Source of the DNA: Macrostomum lignano
Taxonomy: Eukaryota
DNA length: 64,000 nucleotides
Direction of reading: 5' to 3'
Assembly (NCBI GenBank): GCA_002269645.1
Contig: NIVC01001744.1
Location: 46,148 to 110,147, forward strand
Both the position numbers and the translations under genes were made by a program. The notes under the pieces were generated by a model. That model saw only the letters and a list, made by a program, of their open reading frames with translations. It did not search any database and was not told where the DNA came from. Shown piece after piece: positions 1 through 12,817 of the stretch. The stretch's first letter is position 1. Every line of letters begins with the position of its first letter.

Positions 1-1185
<1,185 letters not shown>

Positions 1186-1230
1186 AGCCACCAAAGGTCA
1201 TGTCAAAGGCCAATTAAAACACGCTTTCAC

Positions 1231-3049
1231 CATTCGTTTCTCTTCCGGCAGACAGTTGCTCCCCAGAATAGCCAGAAACAGGCTCTCAAAAGAGAACACT
1301 TTGGTCTTGTTGCTGCAGCTGATCTCTTTGACAAACGGGCAGCCGTCCCGGCTGACAACGGGATTGTTAAAGGCGTAGATCAGAGATTTCTGCATGGCAA
1401 CCAGTCGCTGGGATGGCACAAATATCGGCAGCTGATATTGCTGTTGAGCCTCGGCACTATTTAAACAGAGCGCTTTGAGCTCAATGCACAGCCGAGCCAT
1501 GCTCTCCTCGGCCTCCGGGCAGCTGTGCGTAGGAATGCCGTGCGTGTCCGTCAAGAGATCGCGGCAGTGGCTCTGCAGATGGGTTGGAATGGCGCCAGGC
1601 CGAGGCTGCACAATGCAGTGCACGGAGCCGACCACGCCTCTGGCTAGGCTGAACTTGACAAAGCCGAACTCGGCGGGCACGTACAGATTATTGTCCCGCT
1701 CGTCCGCGTCTACGAACGGGCAAACGTCGCCAACTACAAATTCTGTGCGAATCAGTTCAGACTTGTCGGTCACGTGACCAGCCAAGCTGGACACGATCTT
1801 GGCCGTGTAGCGCTCGAATTCGTGCTTCTTGGCAGCCAATGAGTCGCGCTCGGAGATGTAAGCGCCCTGAGTAGTATGGGAAGGCTTTTAATACTATTTT
1901 GGCACGGGCCCGATCAGAAAAGAATAATTATAAGAAAACGGCACAGATCAAAAAAAATATTAACAATCAGGGCGGCACAGATCAAACAAATTGTTAACAA
2001 TCAGGGCGGCACAAATAAAAAAATTGTTAACAATCAGAGGCACAGATCAAACAAATTATTAACAAACACAGCGGCACAGATCAAACAAATTATTAACAAA
2101 CACAGCGGCACAGATCAAACAAATTATTAACAAACACAGCGGCACAGATCAAACAAATTATTAACAATAAAGGCGGCACATATCAAACAAATTATTAACA
2201 ATCACAGCGGCACAGATCAAACAAATTATTAACAATCAGGGTGGCACAGATCAAACAAATTATTAACAAACACAGCGGCACAGATCAAACAAATTATTAA
2301 CAATAAAGGCGGCACATATCAAACAAATTATTAACAATCACAGCGGCACAGATCAAACAAATTATTAACAATCAGGGCGGCACAGATCAAACAAATTATT
2401 AACAATCAGGGTGGCACATATCAAACAAATTATTAACAATCAGGGTGGCACAGATCAAACAAATTATTAACAATAAAGGCGGCACATATCAAACAAATTA
2501 TTAACAATAAAGGCGGCACATATCAAACAAATTATTAACAGAGGCACAGATCAAACAAATTATTAACAATCAGAGCGGCACAGATCAAACAAATTATTAA
2601 CAATCAGGGTGGCACATATCAAACAAATTATTAACAATCACAGCGGCACAGATCAAACAAATTATTAACAATCAGGGCGGCACAGATCAAACAAATTATT
2701 AACAATCAGGGCGGCACAGATCAAACAAATTATTAACAAACACAGCGGTAGTCAGGTGACTACAATGAAGCCCAATTACCTCACTGTCCCGCCGGAACTG
2801 GTCGCCATACATGTCATCATAACGGCGATTTTCAGCCTTCGCGAGTTTTTCATATCGCCGCTGTTCCTCCAAGGACAGACGATCGAAGGCTTCTGTAGCC
2901 GCATTGATCAGCTGCATGTTGGACATGGGTAGATTGCGCAAGTCTGCCCGTCTCCCGCGCAGATCTCGGGTGAACATGGTGATCGCTGTGACCCGGCGGC
3001 GTTTAGGCTTGCCATCATCGCCCAGTTGTACATTTGGCGGCAGTGGCAT
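1231..3049 (-). CDS. mael: Maelstrom homolog (HMG-box + MAEL domain), piRNA-pathway protein; 5' exons only, gene presumably continues beyond position 1
   Basis: Exon 1 is 3049-2780 (MPLPP...EEQRRYEKLAKAE, HMG-box-like) with donor GAG|GTAATT. Exon 2 starts at 1866 after TCAG, in the matching phase 0 (GAYISERDSLAAKK...). It contains YVPAEFGFVKFSLARGV...THGIP, matching the MAEL-domain PAE/FSL/TH motifs. The exon 2 donor at 1231 (ATG|GTGAAA) is a best guess. Confidence 0.85.
1890..2750. repeat. ~34-bp minisatellite (GGCACAGATCAAACAAATTATTAACAATCAGGGC) filling maelstrom intron 1
   Basis: About 25 tandem copies with minor variants lie between the donor (2779) and acceptor (1867). Confidence 0.95.
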
Positions 3050-3461
3050 GACTGATGGCTTTGGTTGTTAATTCTGCACTAGAAACCGATTAACCTGATC
3101 TTTTATAATATACTTCATTGATATTTAAAAAACTACACCATCCTAATTTTATCTTCTATTTCTTATGCCACTGCTAGGAATAACCATAAATGACAATAAT
3201 GAATATCAACCGACAGCAAATAAGAATTATTTTCACCTTTCCCTTATTAGTATGCGCAATTAAGTTAATCCAAGATATGTTTGCCAATGTAAATGAGCTT
3301 TTGTCTATGGTCAATATGGTCATAAATTTGATATTTTGGTAAAATAATGTTTTGGCACATTACAAAAGTAATGATTGTTTTGGCAAGTTCAAAAAAGGTT
3401 TACTATATAGAACTTAGAAGAATGACTACTCAACAATGATATTTCCTACCCTCTTTTAGAA

Positions 3462-3633
3462 CATGCTTGGGCGCAACCTTGGGACTCACCCGGCCGCCTC
3501 TATTGGCAACACACACATGTATGTCGCTATTGGACAGAATAGTAGTCACGTGACTGCTCTCAGCCAATAGCGACTTACATGTCTGCGTTGCCAATAGAAA
3601 CGGCCGGGTGACTCCCAAGGTTGCGCACGTATG
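3462..3633. mobile_element. 172-bp palindromic MITE (hAT- or P-type termini CAT...ATG)
   Basis: The left and right arms are near-complementary over ~80 bp around a central GTCACGTGAC. An 8-bp direct repeat TTTTAGAA flanks it at 3454-3461 and 3634-3641. Confidence 0.8.
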
Positions 3634-6051
3634 TTTTAGAATGAAGGACCTAGCAGATAGAACAAACAAGGCAGATTCCAATGAATACATTGCACTAAAT
3701 TGCCTAGCTAGAATTGCACAAATTTGAATGAAGATAAATTGCCAACATTGCATAAGATCTATTTTGAAAATTGTCCCAGTTTTATTTTGAAAACTACCTT
3801 ATGCCAAGAATAAATGAATAACAAAAAAACAAAAAAGATAGAAACAATTAAATAATAAAAAGCTTTACACTACAAATAAAAAATATTAAAAGTAACAAAG
3901 AGGTAAAATTACCAAATAGAAAGCAAGCCTTTATCTAAAAAATTAAAAAATATAAAAAAACCTATATAAAAATAATAAATTGGAAACAAGCCTATACCTT
4001 AAATAGATATTGCATTTTAAAAGGGAACTGGCTACTTTGGTGGCACTTGGCAGTCATTTTGATTTTTGGTGTTATCTATTTAGTAAGAAATAAAAAATTT
4101 TCAAATTGCTAGTTTAGAAATTAATAAAATATATGCCATATAGCATTGTGTCTTCAAAATGAAAAAGTTCTCAAAATTGAGTTTGCTAAAATTAGGGTGT
4201 CCAGCGAGCCTATTTTTAGCATGTGTAAAACCGAAAAACGGTAAAAAGTGGTCTTCTTTAAACGTCTGTAACTTTTTAAATATTTGAGATATGACCACGT
4301 TCTTATATTCATTGAAAAGAAGGCAAACAGATGTTTCAAACGACATATAGTTTACATGTTTAGGACATACGATTACAAAGATACAGCCTGTCAAACATCG
4401 TGTACATTTTCGTACATTTTCAAAACTGTGCCGAATTTGCTTGAAAATATGGGATCGAGAGGATTCGTTTTTTAGTAAATGAGTGGATAACTGCTAAGAA
4501 TGCTTGCACACTGAGTGTAGGTAACTTCCTGGGGGTCATTTTAAGGGAACTTTTTTGTTCAAAAATATGTACATGTACATGTACATGTAAAATTTAAAAT
4601 GGCCATAACTTTTGAATGGAAAGAGCGGCCACCCTAATTCTTTTTGCTACTTACTTCTAGGGACAAAATGAAACTTTTAGGCAAGACAAGATGAGTGTAA
4701 CTCTTGCCGCAGTATGCTTAACAGAAATCGTCAAAATGCATGCAACTCCCCATAAGAGACATTAAAATCGGGAAATTTTCGAAGCTCGAAAAAATGGCCA
4801 GTTAGTTTCTTCAATAAAATGATAGCAAAACAGGCCAAAATCTTTGTCCTAAAGGCACATACTGATAACTTTTGCCGCACCAACGTTATTAAGCATAATT
4901 GGCACAGGTGTACATGCAAAATACACTACAGAGATAGGAAAAATGTACATTGAGGGGCTGTATATTCGAAAAGAAGTCATGTATGCAATTTTTCTTTAAA
5001 AAGGGATAGCAGGACTTACGATATACTATATCTTTTATGCATTTCTCACTAATCCATCTTTTATTTGCAGATCTTGCAGATGCCAGACATGCTGCGCCTA
5101 TACAGTATCTGCTATGAGTGCATGACAAGCTCATGGGTGAAGCTTTCTACACAGTCGCCTCTGATCATTCCAGCTGGGCCCGAAGATTGCGCGCAGCTTC
5201 TCGAAGGCCTGCGTCGGCGCCCTCTTCTCTGAAGGGGACCAGGCAACAGCAGCAGCAAAGGTTGGCAAACTGGCGTGCTAGAAGTCGACTCTGGCTCAGT
5301 TGCAGCTGGGACCACAGCAGGAAAGACAAGTGCCTGGCCCATGTAGATGGCCCAGGGACTCTGCTTGCCAGCAGCTTCCTCGCGCACCTTTGACCTCTAC
5401 AGGTCCCGCACCTTTTTCACTTTTGTTACTGCCTCCACAGGTTACAAAGTGCGTCTAGTTTAGTGTCTGCAGGCAGACTAAGACATTCTGCCAAGCTAAT
5501 TAAAAATATTAAAGCACTAAAGTGAAGCAGTTGAGTAGAGGCTGAACTGACTAAAAGGGTTCTCAGCCAATTCGGCTGCTGGGAGACAACTGACTGGGGA
5601 TGAAAACGGGAGCAGACGAATCGACTGTCATACTCTCATACATGTGCATGTACATACTACATATACAATGTAATCACGCTGTGTATTGCTCTCAAGATTG
5701 TTAGATTGGCTACGAACAAGTCACAATTCACCAATCACCAACATGGTGTCCCATCTCAGCAATCTGTTGTTGCGCAGTTGGCGACTCCAGTCTCCAGCTG
5801 CCAGGCCATGTCATCCAAGCCGGTTCGTACCGCCCGCAGCTGGTGCAGATGCTGCTGACGCTGCAGACACCTTAATACTGGAGAGGCAAACGGGTTTTGT
5901 TGACTGCCTGCTGGCTGATTCCAGCACCCTGGACACTGCCGATGGCGACCTACATTCGTGTCAAGGACCTGAAACCCACCCTGTAACATTGTCTCATGCT
6001 TGACTGGCTTGATTGTAGTAGCTACAGTTGTAGTACTGTAGTAGACTCATA

Positions 6052-7604
6052 TAGGGGGCGACCGGGACAGCCAAAGTCGGGCCCGGGTCGGGCCCGGGAA
6101 TGAGGACTCGGGCCCGGGTCGGGCCTCGGGAATTCGGGACAAGATCTTTAGGACAGCTCAATAATTGGAAAAAAAATCATAATAAATCTTAATACTTTTA
6201 GCATATGCGGATTACTATTAAATATATAATAAATATATAGATATATTAAATCTAATATAATATATTAAATGTATAATAAATATATGATAAACATTAAATA
6301 TATTATAATATATAAATATATTGAATATATAATAATATATAAATATAATAAATATAATATATTAAATTAAATATATATTAAATATATAATATAATAAATA
6401 TTATTTTTATTTAATACATTAGTTAAGACTTCAGAATAGATAAGAGTTACATTAAAAGACTTAATACTCAAATATCAATATACCCAATAGTTCAAATTCA
6501 ATGTCACTGTGTGGCACAAGTACTGTGTGTGTGCCAGTGACAGTGACACTAATAGGCAGTGAGGTAGGCAAGCAGGCACTGCGGTAGTGCGGCTGGCACT
6601 GGCAGTGGCAGTAAGCAAAAAGAAGAAAAGCTGAAGCATTAAGTGTAAGGCACTTGGCATTGGAAGCAATAAGGAAGTAAGAACCAAATCAATTGATTGA
6701 TTCTTTTATTTGAATTTTTAGTTCCTTTACATAGCTTCAATGTAAAGAGCCATGTACACAGTCAGTATTCAATAAGACAACAAGACAAGACAACAGAACA
6801 GAACACAAGTGAAGTGACAACACAACACAACACTCAACTGTCTCAACAGAACAGGCAAACAGACAATGGAAATACAAGTAATTAGCTGATACCTGCCTAC
6901 CTGCTCACCTACCTACCTAAACGAATATGATTACGAATATGATACTATGAGTCTACGACTACAACTACACTACCTACAAATACAATACAAATATGAACAC
7001 GATTACAAACTCTGACAGATAGCAAACTTCTTGGAAAAATGGTAGCCTTGGCCCTTAATAGGTACTTCTTGGAATGTAAATAGGAAATGTTATTTACAAA
7101 AGCTTAAAATTGACAAATCAACTTTTTTAAGAATCATATTTTTGCTTTTAGGCTGCAGCCTGCAGCGTGTAAAGTGGAATCAATATTGCAAAAAAGTATT
7201 GCAAAACTATGTTTTAATTTTATCTTCCTGGAAAAAATCCGATCTTCCTGGAAAGTGGAAACTGGCTGTGGCTGACGCTCACGGTCACAGTCACAGACGC
7301 TCACGCTAAGAGCATACTACAAATCAATGATATTGCTACTTCACATCATATCATCTATTACTATTACTGCAGTCGTGCAGTGCTTGAGTCTTGAGTGCTG
7401 ATGCGATGCTTAACTGAGTGTTGTGCTGTGCTGTGAATAAAAATAATTTTATTCTTATTCGCACGCGGTTAGTGCCTTTAGGGAAAAAAGACTTGTCCCG
7501 ATTTCCCGACTTTTTTAGGGTCGGGCCCGGGCCCGGGTCGGGCCACGATTTTGGTCGGGATTCCCGACTTTTCGGGCCCGGGCCCGGGACTGGGTCGCCC
7601 CCTA
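6052..7604. mobile_element. Non-autonomous hAT-type DNA transposon, 1553 bp
   Basis: Perfect 12-bp TIR TAGGGGGCGACC / GGTCGCCCCCTA and 8-bp TSD GACTCATA (6044-6051, 7605-7612). GGGCCCGGG/GGGTC subterminal repeats occur at both ends; the interior is AT-rich with no credible ORF. Confidence 0.9.
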
Positions 7605-10500
7605 GACTCATAGTACGATAAGAAGGCCAGCACAGCAGATGAAATATTTGCTGACGAGCTGCATTGACTGCAGATGAATTTGGTAGCAGACAAATTGACT
7701 GGATTACCACGAACAGCTATCGTGCTGAAAAGTGAACACAGTGAACAAGTAAATGAATCAAATGATGCAGATAAACTGTAAATCTATATTCGATCAATTG
7801 CTGAATTTGGGCATGGTCTCTTCAAACATGAAAGTACATGATTTAGTAACATATTACTTAATACAGTATCGATTCATTACAGCTGCTAAATGGACTACAA
7901 AAATATTTTGAATGACTCCAGCATGAAGATAGTTAAGATTAATATTGACACGAGCTACATAGATTTTTAGACAACATAGACATCCAGAATGGTACTTTGG
8001 AAGACTCGTTTTCATAGAAATAATAGTCAATCATTTAAATACTACTTACAGTAGGAAGTAAAAAATCTTACTAATTATAGTATACAAGTATTACTTTGAC
8101 ATGGAAGTAATATCAAATAAGGTAAATAGAAACTATACCATGAAAAAGCCAAAGAATGGTACTCCAGAATCGCTATTTTGTCCTAATCCCTAGATATCTG
8201 CATATATAGAACAGTATATATATAGAAAAAATATCAGAAAACATTGTAGCAACAAAAATCTACAAAATAAAACATAAAACACTAAAATTGGTTATAAAAT
8301 AAGAAAGTTACAGACATTTTACTGCACAAAACATGCTTTTTTGCCTAAAAATAGCACAGTTTTTAGTGTATTTGAGATAGGAAAAAAACATTTTTTTTGA
8401 AATGAAAAACTCCATAACTTTTTTATTACTTGATCAATTTTCAAAAGTTTGGTGTCATTTCACTCATAACATCCAGGACTACAACATGGCATGATTAAAA
8501 ATTTGGATTTCTGAAAAAAATTTTCTCACTGGACCCCCTACTAAAATATTACAATATTTCACAAAAACATTATTTGCCAAAACATTACTTTGCTAAAATG
8601 CCATGTAATCCATTAAATAGTAGGCCTATATCTATAGCTATTATAGAATTCTAATGCCCAAACTCTAGTCTAGCCTTTGTTATAATAGGCTAAATTCTAA
8701 ATATATAAAACATTAGAAAGAAAAATGTTTATGTTATATCTCTAATAAATAAACAAACACATACCTCAATTTTTGTTGACAAACCAAGCTGACAGAGTGC
8801 TTGGTAATGAGGAAAATTATAGTTTTCCACTGTAGCCATAGCTACAGCTACGGGATCCTATAGCAAATATGGTAAAATAGGTGCCTATGGCACTACAGAT
8901 ACCCCTATAGCCTAGCAAGCTGCTCTTATGGCTACAACTATGGAAATATGGTAGTTGCTATCACATTCCATAGATTCCTTTAGCCATAGTTATTAATTTA
9001 AAAAATTGAAAAAAAAATATTAAAAACAGCCAAACAGGTAGAGTAAAACAAAGATACTTTAGTAAACTGTATTAACAATTTAGAATTAGAAACATATAGT
9101 TACATAGAATATACCAAATAAAGTACAATAAAACTTTAGCAAACTCTAATTTTTATTTATTTGAAAAAGTTTAGCATTAGTAGGACTATTTTCAGTAGCA
9201 TTTAAGTATTGTTGCTATTGTAGGCCTATAGAAGTTCTATTAGAAGTTTCTAGATTGACTAGAATAGAAGTTATATTAATATTAGGACTAGTAGGGCCTA
9301 AACATTATATTTATACTTAATTATTTCTATTTAAGCATTACTTAACTATAAAACAACTTTATAATTAATACTTAAAGTATTATTTATACTTACTTGTTGA
9401 TACATATGGGGTGGGGCCCCGCTGGGAAAAATGTTGGTGGATGCGCCGGGTTGAGCGGCTCAGTCTGCGCCAGGTTAGCGCCACGACGACCAACCAATCG
9501 GAAGCCGTTAAGAACTTGGCACCAACTTGGCAACGCGGCGCCGACGTGGCATAAAGTGACCCAGAATTTTGCACGCGCACAGAAAGCAGTTCAGCATACT
9601 ATTCAAACTACTGAAAGTCAGTAGCAAGTATGAAATTTGTACTACTATAAATTTAGTTGCATAGATTTTTTTCCAAACTAAATGATTTTCCCTTGTATGT
9701 GTACACAAACACGACTTGATTACGCGCTCAGTTTATAATTTGCATCCTGTACATAGGCAGGCGCTATAAATTAGAGATAATTAACGTCTCCTTCCGTCTA
9801 AAAAGACAAACAATGCAATGCAAGATCACTGTTAATAAAATAGCAGTAGCATTTTCATAATTTTGCGTAATTTTTTGTTATGTAACGGCAAAAGCAATCG
9901 TTTTATATTTTTGTGGTGCGCATGTAAATTACGCACATCTTAAAACCTTTTCAAAAAGTATACACGAGCATACATTGATTGCAAAGAGGAGATACATGCG
10001 AACTTGTACTTTCAAGACAATGTGAAAAATTTTTCTGGATCTACAGCTAGTATACTTTCACAATGGATACGCGCTTTGCTTAATCAGCTGAAAACCTTGT
10101 GGAGGGTGACTCTAGAAACAGTGGCCACTTGTGAAGAGGATTTTTAAAATTCAATAAACATTGACGTAACTATTGCAATATAACTCTACATGTATGAGAA
10201 TGGCTGTAAACGCAACATTCACAAAATGTGTGAAACGCAAGAAAAAATCCCTGATTGTGCTCTCAGTTTATCTGGCTTCCCCATTTTTTCTATTGCTTTT
10301 TACTTTCACAGACTTTCACTGACCGCGGTCACCATGTGAACAGCAGTTATGTATATGTAAAGAAGAAAAAATGAAGAACAAAAGAAAAAACAGAAAAAAA
10401 CAAAACAAAAAAAGCAATTAGTGCGTGGCTGCAAACAGCACTAAATTCGTGATAACTTAACGATAAGAGGCAAAAAGTTGTTAGTAAAAAATCAATTGTC

Positions 10501-12002
10501 TCACAATTCTATCATATTGATAAGTTCTCCATCGATTTGGCTGAAGCACGTCGTGAAGCTGTCGTTTGTTGGCGTTGGGGAAATGTTGCCCATTTGTGTA
10601 TGCAGCAGTCGAGGATGTTTGGGCTTTGTCGACTCGCAGTAGTTGGCCTGGGCCATCGAGGATGCTGCAGCAGAAGCTGACGATGCAGCTGCAGCAGAAG
10701 CTGACGATGCAGCTGCAGCAGAAGCTGACGATGCAGCTGCAGCAGAAGCTGAGGATGCAGCTGCAGCAGAAGCTGAGGATGTAGGTATAGCAGAAACTGC
10801 CTGCAGCCGTATTGTTCGACTTCTCGCCTTGCGATCGTATCGGAGAACTTTTCTCACCGCCCTGAATCCGTCGGCCAGGGTGACCCCATCCAGCTGCTTG
10901 ATAACGAATGCAGCAATCGCCGTAGCTCTAGGGTCGTATGCCCTGTCAGCGATGACATCCTCGAGGCGCGGACTCCTGCCGGGGTTTCCACCTGAAGGTT
11001 GATTTTAAGTTTATGAAATGCATTTCTTTGTTTGGTTTCTAGGGAAAGGTGGGATGATAATTTTGGCAAGGATGGTTGTAGGAATTGCAGTGTGAAATAA
11101 AAAATGTGCATGTACGCTCGTAAACTTTTTTGTTGAATATATCGTTTGACACTTAACTTTACAAACAGGAAGCAATGACTTAGTCTGGCGCTCTTCTACT
11201 GGGACAAGAGCATCTAAAAGCGATCGCGTCAATGCGTCTAACGCCTTAGCAACCGGCATCCCGACGACTTTTGCAGTTGCCGCGGTCAGTAGACTGCACT
11301 GAATTCTGATCGCCGGGAGATGGTCGCTTAAAGCAATGGTGTTGGCCTCGGTGGTGCATACAGCCTCGTTCACGGCGTCGTTTCTGTTGCCGTCCAATGG
11401 GCTACGTTGCAGGTCAATGGCACCTGATATTGTAGCCTGAGCTGACGAGCCTGATCTGACAGCGTTCCAGATGTCATCGACCTTGCCCAGGAGATTGTGC
11501 CTGCTTATTTCTTCGAGCACGCTGAGCTCCCTGCGCATCTCTCTGTGGCACTCGTCGAGTTCGGTCCGTAGCTGCTTCACCTCCGCGTCCAACACTTGGC
11601 ACCTCCTGCACTGTTGTGGCAGAGGCACCTGTCTTGTAGGCTGGCCGGCATTGCTGCTCGTTCTGCAAACCTGATTATATGAACGTAGGAGCAATGCATA
11701 TTATAATTATATAATGCAATTATAATATCCATATATTGATAGATGCATTGTAATGTCAACATCATTTAACAGAAGCTTCTCACCTTGCTTATAGTGCTGG
11801 CCACGGAGCTTGCCAACTCAGTTGTCGGAAGCGCCTCGGTAAGCACCATGCACTGGTGCAGTTTGTCTCCAAGCTGTACGGAGGCTTTCGTTCCATAGCA
11901 GACTTTCGTGGCTGCAGTTGACTCTACGATTATGCAGGATATCGCGGCAGCCATAATTTCTTTCGACCCTTGTGTCAGCTGGATAACAAATGCGCTTTCC
12001 AT
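10501..12002 (-). CDS. Transposon accessory protein (~405 aa): N-terminal domain, coiled coil, putative BEN domain (BEND5-like layout)
   Basis: Exons 12002-11784, 11670-11163 and 10991-10501 join through GT-AG introns in consistent phases (0, then 1). Coiled coil: LDAEVKQLRTELDECHREMRRELSVLEE. C-terminal LLDALVPVEERQTKSLL...YDPRATAIAAFV...AVRKVLRYDRK resembles the BEN helical pattern (judged by eye). Confidence 0.6.
10660..10790. repeat. 21-bp tandem repeat (GCAGCAGAAGCTGACGATGCA), in frame in the accessory gene (ASSASAA)n
   Basis: About 5-6 copies visible. Confidence 0.9.
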
Positions 12003-12817
12003 TGTACACTTTCTGCAATAAGGAAATCCCGAGAATAATTGATTGAGCTGGGTAATTGATTTCTCTGCCCAAATATCGACTAATTTGCCCGAAAGTTCCT
12101 ATAATTGACTACACTTCCCCAGCCTCAGTTTCATATTTTCGCCTGCAGCTGTCGCATTAATATAGCTAGCTACATTGTGCTTTATAAAGGATGAACAAAC
12201 GTAGAATTTGGTTGAAAGTTGCACATGGTTAGCACACGCACGATTTTATTTTAGCATGCAAGGAAATAAAAGAAAATAAATAATAATCGAATCGATAAGC
12301 AAAGGGTGAGCAAAGCAGTTAACACACATGAGTAAACAACTGAATAGAGCAAATAAATGAAATGTGTTGCATAGCTGGCGACGGTCTATGGTGCTGGCGA
12401 CCTCAAACGCGTGCGGGTGGCGTGTGCTGCGGCAACCAGGTACTGTAGCGATGAGCTATCAGGGGAATAGACTCGGTTGAAAAGTATAGCTTCGGGTGAC
12501 TTGGGGGGGGGGGCGTCTGGGATTTGGGAGCGGGGCCCGGGGGGAACCGCGATGACAGGGGTTTGGAAGTAAAGCCGTAGGGTCTGTGCATCTGTCCAAA
12601 TTGGTTGTCAAGAAAGTTCGCTCAAATAGTTTTTCAATAAGCTATCACACCCGTGGTCTCGAAGGCCATGATCTGTCCTTAACCACCGTCGCCAAGCAAC
12701 CATTAACGTCATCCGCCAGCTACGTTTTGTTGGATGGGTTAAGATGGAGAGTGGTAGGCCATTTTATCTCTTTTCACAATAGAGGTGAAAAGCCAGCGGG
12801 CACAGATTGGCATACTT

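Noticed and set aside
5060-6003. GC-richer patches with short ORFs and a possible splice acceptor at ~5070
   Set aside because: No recognisable domain or consistent exon chain; possibly decayed TE or gene fragments.
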